A DNA stretch of 64,000 bases from Schizosaccharomyces osmophilus (taxonomy: Eukaryota): positions 1,798,001 to 1,862,000 of the forward strand of contig NC_079239.1 in assembly GCF_027921745.1 (NCBI RefSeq). Reading direction: 5' to 3'. The notes below the pieces were generated by a model. The model did no database searches and had not been told where the DNA came from. It saw only the letters and a list, made by a program, of their open reading frames with translations. The position numbers and the translations under genes were made by a program. Below, in pieces: positions 13,521 through 25,448 of this stretch (within the stretch, counting starts at the first letter, position 1; every line of letters starts with the position of its first letter).

Positions 13521-14933
13521 ATGAGTAAAGACTCATCAAACGGCGCGTCTGCTAGTTTTGCAGAAAAAATAAGCGGTACAGCGAAGATAGATTCCTCTTT
13601 AGACAATTTATTTAAGCAATCTGTATGGAAACTTTTATTATATTTTAACTGACTAACTAAAAAAGAAACCGCTTTCGCGTCCTGCTTTCAAAGAACCCAC
13701 CAAAATATCGTTACCAAGCACAGATGAAATTGTTGATGAAAGTCCTGAACAAGGAACCGAGATTGAAGTCGAAAAAAAGAAATTAAAAGAAAAGAAGAAC
13801 CAATCCAAGAAGAAGAAAAAGTCTGGTTTGGACAGTGACAATCTCGAAGCCGATTATTTTGATAAATTAAGAGAAGAGGAAGTAGTCGAAAAGGAAGTAG
13901 TTAAAAAGGATGCAGAAAGCGAAGACGAAGAGGAACGATCTAAAAAGGAAAATAAAGAGCAAGGATCCGAAAAAGAGAAACAAAAGTCAGAACAGGAGAA
14001 ATTGGAACAGAGGGCAATAAAACACCAACAAGAAGTTAAAATTCAACAAGAGCTCCAAAAGTCCGAAAAAACTATTTTCGTAAATAACTTGCCATCTAAA
14101 ATTGTTGTAGACAAGGTATGGAACTTATTTTTAGAATAACCTTTTTACTAACAACAAATTAGCACGAATACAAGTCTTTTGCTAAGCATTTTCGTCAATT
14201 CGGAAACATCAAATCGATCAGGTTTCGCAGTTTGGCCTTTTCCGAATTTTTACCTAGGAAGGTTGCTTTTCTTGAAAAGAAACTTCATGCTGAACGTGAT
14301 ACAGTAAATGCTTACATTGTTTATGATGAAGCTTCATCTGCCAGAAATGCGTTATCATTGAATGCCACCATCTTTATGGATCGCCATCTTCGCGTAGATA
14401 GCGTTAGCCATCCTATGGCTAGAGATGTAAAACGCTGTATTTTCGTTGGTAATTTGGCTTTTGAGGCAGAGGAAGAGCCATTATGGCGCTACTTTGGACA
14501 GAGCGGTGAAATTGAGTATGTGCGTATTATTCGTGATCCCAAGACAAATTTGGGCAAAGGATTTGCCTATATTCAATTTAAGGAACCTCTTTCAGTTGAC
14601 AAGGCTCTTTTGTTGAACGAAAAACAGATGCCAGAAGGAAGAACTCTACGTATTTCAAGAGCCAAAACTATCAAACCCAACGCTTCTACTCCTAATCGAA
14701 ATGTAAAGACAAATGTAAAGACCAACAACCCAAAGGGTCGTACTTTGCAGGGTAGAGCCCGTAAATTGATAGGTAAGGCAGGAAATGCTTTGGTTGAACA
14801 GAACTTGTCTTTAGAAGGCCATCGGGCTAAACCGGGCGAAAATCCTTTAGCAAAGAAAAAGAAGCCTAGCAAAAAGCGTAAGGAACGTGCCGATACTTGG
14901 AAGCAAAATAATTCCAAGAAGGCTAAGGTCTAA
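13521..14933 (+). CDS. nop12: Nucleolar RRM protein Nop12, 2 introns
   Basis: Two RRMs (TIFVNNLP; CIFVGNLAFEAEEE..VRIIRDPKTNLGKGFAYIQF), Lys/Glu-rich N-terminus, basic C-terminus. Confidence 0.92.
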
Positions 14934-15069
14934 ATGGGAATTTTTAGTGAAAATCAATCAGCATGGGTTAATAAAGGTTTTTTGTGATTTAGGTTCTTTA
15001 TATGCAACTTGATATATATATAATAATAATTTAAATCTTATTAAGGTTCTTTTTTATGATTTCCAAAAG

Positions 15070-15103
15070 GTAAACATGCTTAGCTTGGAGTATATTTGTT
15101 TAC
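15070..15103. promoter_or_regulatory. Two forkhead/FLEX (Mei4-type) sites upstream of mde1
   Basis: GTAAACA at 15070-15076 and TTTGTTTAC (reverse complement GTAAACAAA) at 15095-15103, 100-135 bp upstream of the ATG. Confidence 0.6.
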
Positions 15104-15204
15104 ATTCCTATGAACTATCGTTTGTTGATTTTTTTTCCCCTTTGCGAATACTCAATGGCTGGACTAATTATTAAACAAGCACATTTAACCAGTGTTGAAG
15201 AAAA

Positions 15205-15882
15205 ATGCGAGTCTTGAGGTTCATTGTTGCTTTGTTGACGTTACAAATTTCAGAAAAAAAGTTTGTATGCAGCTCGATAATAAAACGCACAATCAATCCT
15301 CCCGAATCAATTGTGTTACAAACACTTCACACAAAATATTGGTCATTTAAGGCTCATGTTCCTGTTAATTATGATCCCCAAAGTAAAGGTAAGAGACAAA
15401 TGGGCATTTAAGGCTCTAATTAACAAAATAACATAGGCTTCATGGTACATCATGATGGTACCCATTTGTATATGGGTGAGTATCCAGGAACAATTTTACT
15501 GCGGACTGAGTACAAGGACGATTTGACATTGCATACGAAAGATCGTAAGGCTTTGGTGTATCACCCACTCAACCCTTTAGGTTTGGAGCATGAAGCAGGA
15601 TCCCCGTTCTTTATTGAAATGGTAGAAGAAAGAAGGGAGCCAGAAAGTCCTTACATGCTTTTCTACTCAACATCTCTGCATTTCACAACCTGCAAAGAAA
15701 ACGAAAAATGGATTATTTACTCCGGCGACATGAACATCCCTTCACTTGATTGTGTTCCAATAGAACTTGTCGGAATCAGGTACAAAGGATGGAGGACAAA
15801 TGACAAAAGACCTTTTACTATCAAGAACCCGGGAGAAGATGGATTGGATGCTCCTTGGAATGACCAGTTGATTCCTATGTAA
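15205..15882 (+). CDS. mde1: Schizosaccharomyces-specific protein with signal peptide (probable Mde1)
   Basis: Hydrophobic N-terminus MRVLRFIVALLTLQ; intron ~15389-15436 joins ORFs 15205 and 15442 in frame; FLEX sites upstream; name from recalled synteny. Confidence 0.6.
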
Positions 15883-16428
15883 GCTTCAGTCTTTGACATT
15901 ACTCTCATCCTTAATTCTTGAAGGATTAAGAGCAAACAAAATCGATTGTAGCCCTTCTATTACTTAAACCTCATATAATTGGATTCAACATTCCACATAA
16001 GTGAGAGATGACTGCAGCAAATCTCGTATGAACTTGGAAACAAAGTTAATGTTTAGCAACCCACAAATTGTACATACGATGCCACGTTAAAAGCTTTTGA
16101 GCTCAATTCTAAGTGTAACGATTTTAGTTTTATCCAAGCACATTTATTTTATAGCCTTTATGAAAATAAAATACAACTTGTTATAAGCTATTTCGCAAAA
16201 GTTAGTTGGAAAAATTGGCTTTCTGCACAACTTCATATTGGTAGTTTCCTGCCAACATCTTGAATTCCTAGAATCACAGGTTAAATAACAAAATCAGTTT
16301 TATCGATAAAAGTAAGCCTGAAAATATAATTCATTACTAATTTTTATTTGGTTGAAGAAGTCTTGGTTTTTTTTCTTTGAACAAACTAGAAAACACTACT
16401 TGCTACAGAACAAGGACATTGATCTGAA

Positions 16429-17232
16429 ATGAGTGTTGTGAATGAAAAGCTGAAGCTCGAAAATATCCGCTCTGCACTAATCCGTCAAGAGGACACTATA
16501 GTCTTTGATTTTTTGGAACGTGCTCAGTTTCCTGTAAATGAGAAAGTTTACAAGGAAGGAAGTGAAGGTTGCTTGAACTTGCAGCAAACTGATAAAAGCT
16601 TCTTAGAGTTTCTTTTGCACGAAGAGGAAAAGCTTTATTCGCTCGTAAGACGTTATGCTAGTCCTGAAGAATACCCTTTTACATCGGATTTACCAGAACC
16701 CATCCTGCCTGATTTTAAGAAACCTTTTCCACTACATAGGAACGAGGTAAATGTGAATGCTGAAATTTATGACTATTATGTGAAGGAAATTGTGCCAAAG
16801 ATCTGCGCCAACGGCAACGACTCTGACAATTTTGGCAGCACAGCAGTAAGTGATATCCGATGCCTCCAATCTCTATCTAGAAGAATCCACTATGGAAAAT
16901 TTGTCGCAGAAGCAAAATTTTTGGCCAATCCAGAGAAATACAAAAAATTGATTGAAGCTCGTGATTCAGAAGGAATAATAAACGCGATTGTCGACCCCGT
17001 ACAAGAAGGACGTGTGTTACAACGTCTTCATTATAAAGCTTTAACTTATGGTCGTGATTCCGCAGACCCTACCAAGCCAACGGATAAAATTAATGCTGAT
17101 ACGGTCGTTTCCATCTACAAGGTATGACAGTCTTTCTCTAATGTTTTTTCACTAACCAATGCTTAGGAGTACGTGATTCCCATGACTAAAAAGGTAGAAA
17201 TAGATTATTTACTTAATCGTCTCAAGGACTAG
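16429..17232 (+). CDS. aro7: Chorismate mutase (AroQ, eukaryotic)
   Basis: LENIRSALIRQEDTI, RRYASPEEYPF, LQSLSRRIHYGKFVAEAKF; intron ~17122-17167; last exon EYVIPMTKKVEIDYLLNRLKD*. Confidence 0.97.
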
Positions 17233-17387
17233 ATGGCACTCTTGCTAGAGATTACTTACAATAAATCCTAGATGTGAAACTCTTTTTAAGTTATAAAGAA
17301 ATGAATTTCAATTTCAAAAAATATTATTATAATGAAGAGTAATCTTGAATCGTTTCTCAACTCACTGAAGGACTTTTGATATAGTCA

Positions 17388-18654
17388 TTACTTGTTTTCT
17401 CGAAGGAGGTCATTATAAATCTTCATTTCGGCACCTGCGCGGTTTAGGCCACATTTCTCATAAAATTTAACATTGGTTTCGGAGCAGTCAAGGATTAGTT
17501 TGTAACAGTTCAAAATGAAAGCCAATTTCGTAAGGGTTTGAATCAAAAGTTTGCCAATGGAACGGTTTTGAAACTTGGGATGGACGACAACGTCTTCTAC
17601 ATGTGCACAAATTCCATTGCCGCGTATGAATTTCCTTTCCACAAATAGAGTGGCTGTTCCGACCTAAAAAAGTCAGTACATATTCATCGAAAGCAAAACA
17701 CTTCGCTTACTATTTTACGGCTTTCTTTATCTTCGACAACTATAGTATAATAAGTGTCTGGAAAATCTTTTTTTAATTCCAAAAATCGTTTTTGATAAGA
17801 AGCCAAGGTTGGACGAACAGTAGCAGCAACCAAGACATCAAGGAGATCCAAATACTCTGTAAAGAAAAAGGTAAGTTTATTAACACAAAATAGAAACTTC
17901 TTACCGTCGTTTATGTCACTCAAATATAGAGGGCGGATCGTAATATCTGTGCGACCATTTGAAACTTCAGTTGCAGGGGATTCCAGAAGAGATTCATCAA
18001 ACAAGCTCTCCGATTTTACACTCTTACTAGATCCATGAATCTCTTCTTTTTGTTGAATCTTAGTAGCAATACGAATGTTTTTTGTAACAGCAGGCTGATA
18101 TCCGAAAAGAGGACTCGTTTCCAAAAATGCAAACAAGGGTGCAAAGAAAATAGACTGAACAAGGTTATCAAGAAGCGCGGGTCTCTTTTTTTCAAAAACA
18201 CCGTGACCAATGAATTGTAGTACCCAACTTATGATATGTAAAAAGATAGCAGTCGAATTCACTGTGGATTGAGACCATCGTTGAAACAACAACTTCGGCA
18301 ACAAAATCGAATACAAATAGAGAGCAGGAGCGTATAGCAAACCATCTATGAAATCAATGCATAAATAGAACCCTTGATATATAGTAGCGATTAAAACAGC
18401 CAAGTTCACATGAAAAGAAGAATTGAGCAACCTCACATCGAAATTGGAGAATAAAATCAAAGCCGTGCACAAAAGTAAAGGAATACACACTGCGATAGAG
18501 TTAGACCAAAATTTCTAAGTAAACCCATGATGTACCTTGGTGAATTCGAATATTAACGGCGTTCGAATGATATGCCGCATAAAACCTGTAGCTTGTACTA
18601 AGCTTCGCAAATTAGTAACTATTTAAAATATATTCTAGCGCTTACCATCGACAT
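17388..18654 (-). CDS. gna1: Fused DUF962/Mpo1 membrane dioxygenase plus glucosamine-6-phosphate N-acetyltransferase (Gna1), ~360 aa, 4 introns
   Basis: Exons 18654-18646, 18602-18536, 18489-17905, 17856-17711, 17663-17388 (1083 nt, in frame). DUF962 motifs [20 protein letters not shown] and WVLQFIGHGVFEKKRPALLDNL; GNAT motifs IRPL, VGTATLFVERKFIRG, HVEDVVV, CYKLILDCS..NVKFYEKCG. Confidence 0.85.
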
Positions 18655-19063
18655 TATTATTTACCGGTTTGAACGCTTTGCTTAGTATGTTAATAGCTGG
18701 AGAGGTATTTTCCAAACTGAATTAGCGAATTTTAATCAAAAGACGTAACGGTTAAATCACAAACAGTAACTTGCCTTCTCTAATTTTATGAGCGTTAATA
18801 TGCGTTATGAGCACCTGAGTAACTCGAAACAGAAAGAATGTATACTTTACAATGAGAAAGAATCTCATAATCATTTAGGCAGCAAAAGTTATACAATAGT
18901 TTATTTGACAAGCTTCAGTTTTAAAGGACGTAGGACTAACTACATAAATATACTATTTTTATATCTTATCTTGCAAACAAAAAGAAGAATTTAAAAAGTA
19001 CAAGACATTATGTATGTACGGTGACTGAGGAAATGATCATATTTTCATCAAAAAAAAAGAACA

Positions 19064-22000
19064 TCAAAATCCAAATGGATTATCTGGCGTAGCTTGAGTT
19101 ATACTCGCTTTCCTGGCATTGGGATTTTCGTTATGGTCTACTGCAGTAAAAGAAGGTTGATAGTAATCAGATGGCTGCTGCATGTTTTCGTAGCCTGAAG
19201 GCATATATAAGCCTGGATTTGAAACTGGATCATTTGATATTTCATTTGGCGTACCCCCATAATGCTGACCGTATCCATATCCAGCACCGTATGCATCATA
19301 CCCATTGGTATCATAACCATAGGCCATTTGTTGTGAAGGATCATAGTAGTTTTGCATATAAGGTTGCTGCATCCCCATTTGACCTTGCATATCTGTTCCA
19401 TAATATCCTTGTTGATCCATAGGTGCGTACATGTTTTGTTGGTCATATGCAAACGGAGTGGGCGCAACATTATAATACATTGACTGGTCATTAAGGTTAG
19501 GTTGCATATTATACCCGTAGCTCGGTTGCATAGGAGCGGGGGTGAGAGGTTGTTGAAAACCAGTATACTGACTTTGTAAACCGGTTGGTTGAGATGCCAA
19601 ATCCATCCTCTGACCTTGCATGTTCGACATAATATCATGTTGTTGACCAGTGCTTTGAGGCATTACGGATTTAGCCTGCTGAGGCATAGCCCCAGTTGGT
19701 TGATATTGCATTCCAGTTGACTGCATTGCAATACCCGTCATCTGACTATTCAGGCCAGTTGGTTGGTATTGCATCCCAGTAGGTTGAGCAGGAAATCCAG
19801 TTGGCTGGGTCTTGATGCCAGTAGGTTGAGAAGCTATATAATCCATCGGCTGTTGATGTCCAGTTGTCTGCATAGATAATACTGGCATTTGAGCTTGGAA
19901 GCCAGTAGTCTGAGCGGGTAAAGCACTGGCAGGTGGTTGAAACCCTGTTGGTTGGACGTACAGAGGGGATTGAAAAGGGTCTGAATAAGTCGGGGGTGGA
20001 GCTGTAAAATAAGCATTTTGAATGGTAATACCGGTAGGTTGCGGTGCTAGAGATGGCTGAGATGATTTTTCGTTATCTTCGACCTTCTTTTCAGAAACCT
20101 TTGCAGTTGGAACCGATGAAGGACGAGGAGCAGGCTCAGAAATCTTTTGTTTTTCGGACAAACCCATTTTCTGCATATCCGATTCCAGTTGAGTTTTGTG
20201 TTGAGGAACTGAAGACGATCTGATAGTAGGTTCTTCAATAGGTCTATTTGACCAGGCATCATCCTCAAATTGTTGATTCATCGCAATCGCAGGCTCGGTA
20301 TTCAAAGCCCTGGAGGGTGTGGGCTGTGGCATTTGCACTTCAGGAGTAGATGAAGATGGAGACAGAGATTTCATTTCTGCGACAGAAGGCCTTAAAACAG
20401 CAGGGCTAGAAGATACTCCATTAAGTTCGTTCACATGCTTCATGACACGAATCACATCACCTTCTTTAAGACCTAAAGTCCGCAACATTTCAGGCGTCAA
20501 AGAAGGAATACATGTTTCATCCAAATGCTCATTGTTAAAATTACGGGTATAGCGGTTACAGACAGTGAAATCAACACCGCAGCGAAGGAAAAAGTCAAAC
20601 CAGTCGTATGTAATTCTAGGTCTCTCCTCAATAACATCGATTTTATCTTTAGCTTCGGTGCCAATAGGAGGAACTAAAGTTGGTCTGCTTTGAGGACGAG
20701 CAGGCTGTGGTGGAGGAATATCCTCATCATTTTCTTTCGCGTGTTTACTACGGGGTTCCTTATGTGTTTCCTTGCGCCGTTCAGAACGGGAATAAACCTT
20801 CTTGCCAGTCATAAGCTCCACGAAATCAAGGTCTTTGTAAGACATTTTCGTACTTGGTACAGAAATCTTCACACCATTCGATTTATGTAAGTGAATTTTA
20901 TCATCACTAAAACCCAAAAAATCAGCATCAACCTTAAAAGCACCAGTTCTGTCGGTCCAAGTACGAAGTTTCGTAACATCAGGCTTGACGACAGAATGAC
21001 TACGAGATCTTCTGTGAGTATCCTTCTTTTCAGGCTTTGGTTCCTCTTTTTGTTCGTGTCGAGAAGATTTTCTCGATAAGTTTCCAGTGGAAGGTTTGGA
21101 AGCAGACCTCTCATTAATTGAAGCATCTGACTTGACGAAACTGGCTGGAACCACACCCTCTTTACCATTTAAACGGCACTTCCACCAATCACTACTAGCA
21201 GTATCATTTATGATAACAACTCGATCATCTACACTCACAGTCAACTCATCAGGGGCTTCGGCTTCAAATCCATAAACAATGGTACCCATTTTTTCGGCAC
21301 CCGAAGGAGCAGCCGATGTTCCTTCGTCAGCAGGTGACCTACTACTGTTGTATACAGTGGAAGCTTCATAGAAACCAGTTCTTCCACCATTAGCACCAGA
21401 TTTTTCAGAAGCCTCGTTCAACTTGTACAAGGCAGAATCAGATGGCAGATTAGGCATAGGTTTGCCACTAGCTTCAGCAATTTCTCGAAGACCAGCTGCT
21501 CTAGTGGATCCAGCAACGTCGCCTAAAGTACGAATGATGCTATCAGCATTTCCATTGCTATTAGCATGCAAATGTAAGGAGCTAATTCCCTCATCTCGTT
21601 TATATTCAACAAAAACGTGCTTTCGTTCAGCAGAATAATTTATCAGGTCGGTAACCGAAAAGATTTCCGCATTTTCCATGCTCTTTGTGAAGGTAAGTAC
21701 GACGGATCTGTTATTGATAGCGAGAATCCCAGTACGCTTCTTCTTCTTACCGACTACTTCACGAACCTCCCATTTCCTATAAGCAGGATCATCAAAGGAC
21801 ATATTGTTATCCATATTGCTTTCTTCTTGAACCCTTCCAGGCTGAAGTTTAATATGTCGACCAGGATCTCCATAAGCGTCTGATGGAGAAGTGGGAGAGG
21901 AAGGTACATTGGATCGTCGTGAAGTCGCGGTAGCAGTAGAAGTGCTTACGCTAGGCCTTGGAGGCTGTACGGGAGGTAAAGGGGGTGGTGGTGGAGAAGA

Positions 22001-22864
22001 AACAGACTTCGCAGGTCCGGCAGGTGCAGGAGGAGGTGGCGGTGGTGGTAAAGTCTCGGTCTGTGGTAGTGTATATGTAGGAGGAACCTTTTGCTCTCTG
22101 TTTGAAGTATAATAGTCATCAGGTTCATCAACGTCGGACAAGTCTTCTTCTTCGGCAGGAGCCACATTAGATGATGGTGATGAATAGTCTTGAGGTAATG
22201 GAGGGACAGGAGGTGGTGGAGGAGGAGAGGAAGCGGATGTAGGTGACTGAATAGGAGGTATTGGTGGTGGTGGTGGTTGTTGTATTTGCTGTTGAGGAAG
22301 ACGGGTTTGCTGCGAAGGTGAAGGTCGTGGTTGAGACTCCACAGCAGAAGCCGGTGCTGGTGGAGCAGAGACACTTGGCGCCGATGTAGAAGCAGATGCA
22401 TCTGAAGGTTCAAGATAATTCCTTGGGGCAAGGCCATATTGCTGATTGTATCTTGTCAAAACCCAATCTTCGTCAATGCTTCCGTAAGCATCCAACACCT
22501 GATCAGCTGGAAACGAAACCTCATCTATTGATTGCTTTTCATAATCATAAAGACTTTTCATCCTTGCTGAGGGTTCATCCTAAAGTTAGTTAGTACTTTG
22601 TTGCCTTGAGAATAAGACTGGCATCCATACCTCAGCAATGTAGTTCGAAGGAACGATACCAGTTTCTTCATCTTTGTCAGGACTATTGACGTTTCGTTTG
22701 ACTAAATACCAATCATCTTCACCTTTTTGCAGAAGACAGATAATTTCGTCCTCCGCGATGAACAATTCTCGTTCTGTTTCTGGAATTTGTTCATTTGGAT
22801 CGATTGGTTCCGGCTCATAACTGTACAAAACCTTGTAAATACCTATGATTGGTAAATTTGCCAT
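19064..22864 (-). CDS. shd1: Endocytic adaptor Shd1/Sla1 (3xSH3, SHD1, SAM-like SHD2, QPTG repeats)
   Basis: N-terminal SH3 exon 22864-22631, intron ~22630-22580; SHD1 motif RTWTDRTGAFKVDADFLG..KIHLHKSNGVKI; YDWFDFFLRCGV; C-terminal NPFGF. Confidence 0.95.
19560..20050 (-). repeat. Coding Q(P/S/M/T)TG repeats of the Sla1/Shd1 C-terminus
   Basis: Repeated QPTG/QSTG/QMTG/QTTG units in the translated ORF, typical of the Sla1/Pan1 LxxQxTG repeats. Confidence 0.8.
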
Positions 22865-23386
22865 TATGACAAATCGAGAGGTTGTACAGCTTTAATTGAA
22901 AGAAGGACTGAATCTTGGTAAAAAGATATAAGTCGACGTTGACTTTGGGTGACGACCTCTTACCAGCGGATTCATTATCTAATGTCTCGTTAATCCTCTG
23001 AATGTAATTTTACATAGCATTTTAGTTTTTGGTATTCTTTATACTGAGACTTACATCATTTCATTAATAAACAGCATAAATAATGATATTAATTAGAATG
23101 GAAAAGAAAGGAACCTTTTGTAGCTACTGTGTTAATGGATCATTGTAAGTAAGTAAAATAAAAAAAAATGTGACGTTCGCGTGTTGCCATTGCTTTATTA
23201 TCAGACCCCGCTATTCTTTGAAGGAGTATGTGTTTAGTTGCTGATTGTTAATTGAATTGATGAGTACTTCCTGATTGTAAACTAGTTACATTTTTAGACA
23301 ATATTTGTAAAAATAAAGATACATTGGCACGAATGTATGCATTTAATATATCATAATTTCGTAAACAAAAAATATTACGAAAAATT

Positions 23387-23458
23387 TGGACACACTGGGG
23401 ATTGAACCCAGGCCAACTCGCATGCAAAGCGAGCATGCTACCACTGCATCATATGCCC
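23387..23458 (-). tRNA. tRNA-Ala (anticodon TGC)
   Basis: GGGCATATGATGCAGTGGTAGCATGCTCGCTTTGCATGCGAGTTGGCCTGGGTTCAATCCCCAGTGTGTCCA: 72-nt cloverleaf, G3:U70 Ala determinant, T-run terminator just downstream. Confidence 0.96.
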
Positions 23459-24012
23459 GAAACTTGAAAGAGTTTATAAATATAGATATATATTTAGTAA
23501 CCAATTTCATTGGCAAAATTGATACCTTGATGTTATAGTCGCTATATTTTTTTCCCAAACAATAAACGGGTTTGCAAAAAAAAAAAAAAAGGAAGCCTTC
23601 CATCGTGAGTGTGATTAAGTAGTGGCAGATTTGCTTCCCAAGTAGTGCATACTATGAATAACCTATGCTAACAGCAAGGCTTTAAAAAAAATAAATAAAT
23701 TGGGTTCTTATTTAACCGCGAACTGTGGTTTTTTTTATCAAACTTTCTATAAAAGTTACGTTCTTCTTTGTTTTTGTGATACAGAGACTTGTTCCTACTA
23801 TAACAATTTGTCTATGTTTAGCTCTTGTCTTGAATACATGCTTTTTTCGACTTTCCAATTTAAATTTTTACAAATCCAAGTGTTTAAAAAAGTTAAACAA
23901 TTCCTACTTGAAAATGAAATGAATCGATTATATTTGACATTTACAGCCATGTTTACAAACAAAACCAGAAAGTAACGTCGTTACTTACGTAGAGAAACAG
24001 CCAGTTTCACAA

Positions 24013-24043
24013 ACCCTACCCTACTGGTTAATGAACCGTCACA
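24013..24043 (+). promoter_or_regulatory. HomolE box plus HomolD-like box of a ribosomal protein promoter
   Basis: ACCCTACCCT at 24013-24022; CCGTCACA at 24036-24043 (one mismatch to CAGTCACA), ~50 bp upstream of the rps5 ATG. Confidence 0.75.
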
Positions 24044-24094
24044 CACAACAAGGAAGAACTTTACCACTGTTCTCTTGCTCGAAACAATACTGCA

Positions 24095-24830
24095 ATGGCG
24101 GCTTCCATCATTCCCCAAGATGTTTCCTTAGACGAAACAGGACATATCAAGTTGTTCAACAAGTTCCCTTTTGAGGGTGTTGAAGTTAAGGATATTTCCT
24201 TGGTGTAAGTGCTTTTTTATGAGTAGAATGGCGTCGTGAAAAATGGGTTCTCAACTTGTACCCCTTTTCCGATGATTTCGAATGAGATAACTTCTTATAT
24301 AAATAAAAAAAACTAATTCTTGTTTTAGTGACTATATCACTGTTGGCAATGGTCAACCTCTTCCTCACACCGCTGGCCGTTTCCAAGCCAAGCGTTTCCG
24401 TAAGGCTCGTTGCTTCATCGTCGAGCGTTTGGCCAACAGCTTGATGATGAACGGCCGTAACAACGGTAAGAAGCTTTTGGCTACTCGTATTGTCAAGCAC
24501 GCTTTTGAGATCATTGCCCTCTTGACCGACCAAAACCCTCTCCAAATTTTGGTCGACGCCGTTGCCGCTTGTGGTCCTCGCGAAGACTCCACCCGTATTG
24601 GTAGCGCTGGTACAGTTCGCCGTCAAGCCGTTGACGTTTCTCCTCTTCGCCGTGTCAACCAAGCTATCGCTTTGATCACCGTTGGTGCTCGTGAGGCTGC
24701 TTTCCGTAACGTCAAGTCTATCTCTGAGTGCTTGGCTGAGGAAATCATTAACGCTGCCAAGGGTTCTTCCAACTCTTATGCCATCAAGAAGAAGGATGAA
24801 CTTGAGCGTGTTGCCAAGAGCAACCGTTAA
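24095..24830 (+). CDS. rps5: 40S ribosomal protein uS7 (S5)
   Basis: ATG 24095, intron 24205-24328; [54 protein letters not shown]. Confidence 0.98.
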
Positions 24831-25448
24831 AAAACACATACATTATGGTATGGAGGATTATTATTTAGTCATAATACAGTCTACGTTTTGCTTGGAAAAA
24901 AGTATTTGACTAAGTTGCTTGTAACACATTGGTAACCGACCACTGGTTGTAAATTAAAATTTTCTTTCAAAAACAATACCATTGAAAAGTTGTAGAAGTA
25001 GAAAAAACAAACTATATTTCATGCCAACTTTGTTTCACGAAGAAAACTACAGGGTTGAATATGTTGTTGCTCTTCATAAATGGGAGTTTAACAAAAAATC
25101 AATCGTTCAGCGTGGATATTCTCTAACTAACACATAATTATGTGAGGGAATTAATGTATTATTAGTTGTATGCTTCCGCCGTTAAGTCTATAAGTTATGG
25201 GAAAACATAATGGTTTTATTTTGCCAAATTCGGCTTGGCATAACGAAAATTATGTTTTTTTCTTTTTTCTAAATGAAGAGCAGTAGACAGAAAAGAAAGC
25301 CCAAATTTTTTTTTTTTTCAAATACATAAGGGGATAAAAAAGAGTGATGAACTGAAACAAAAATAAACTGGAAAAGAAAACAAATCGTTTCAAGGCAACA
25401 AAAAAAGAGATATGAGAGGATAACAACGAGAATCCTTCCACAGTATGT

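Noticed and set aside
14699..14722. 12-bp tandem duplication (AAATGTAAAGAC x2; NVKT NVKT) in nop12
   Set aside because: Ordinary slippage in a disordered tail.
17948..18036. ATG GAT CTA GTAAGA in the Mpo1-Gna1 linker as a separate Gna1 start exon
   Set aside because: The ATG is out of frame and stops after 6 codons; splicing to the CAG before 'DITIRPL' gives the wrong phase and lacks a CTRAY branch.
24186..24839. 217-aa antisense ORF over rps5 (similar ones over odc1, nde1, shd1, nop12 and the AAA ATPase)
   Set aside because: Mirror frames of codon-biased or low-complexity genes; no recognisable domains, and many start at non-ATG codons.
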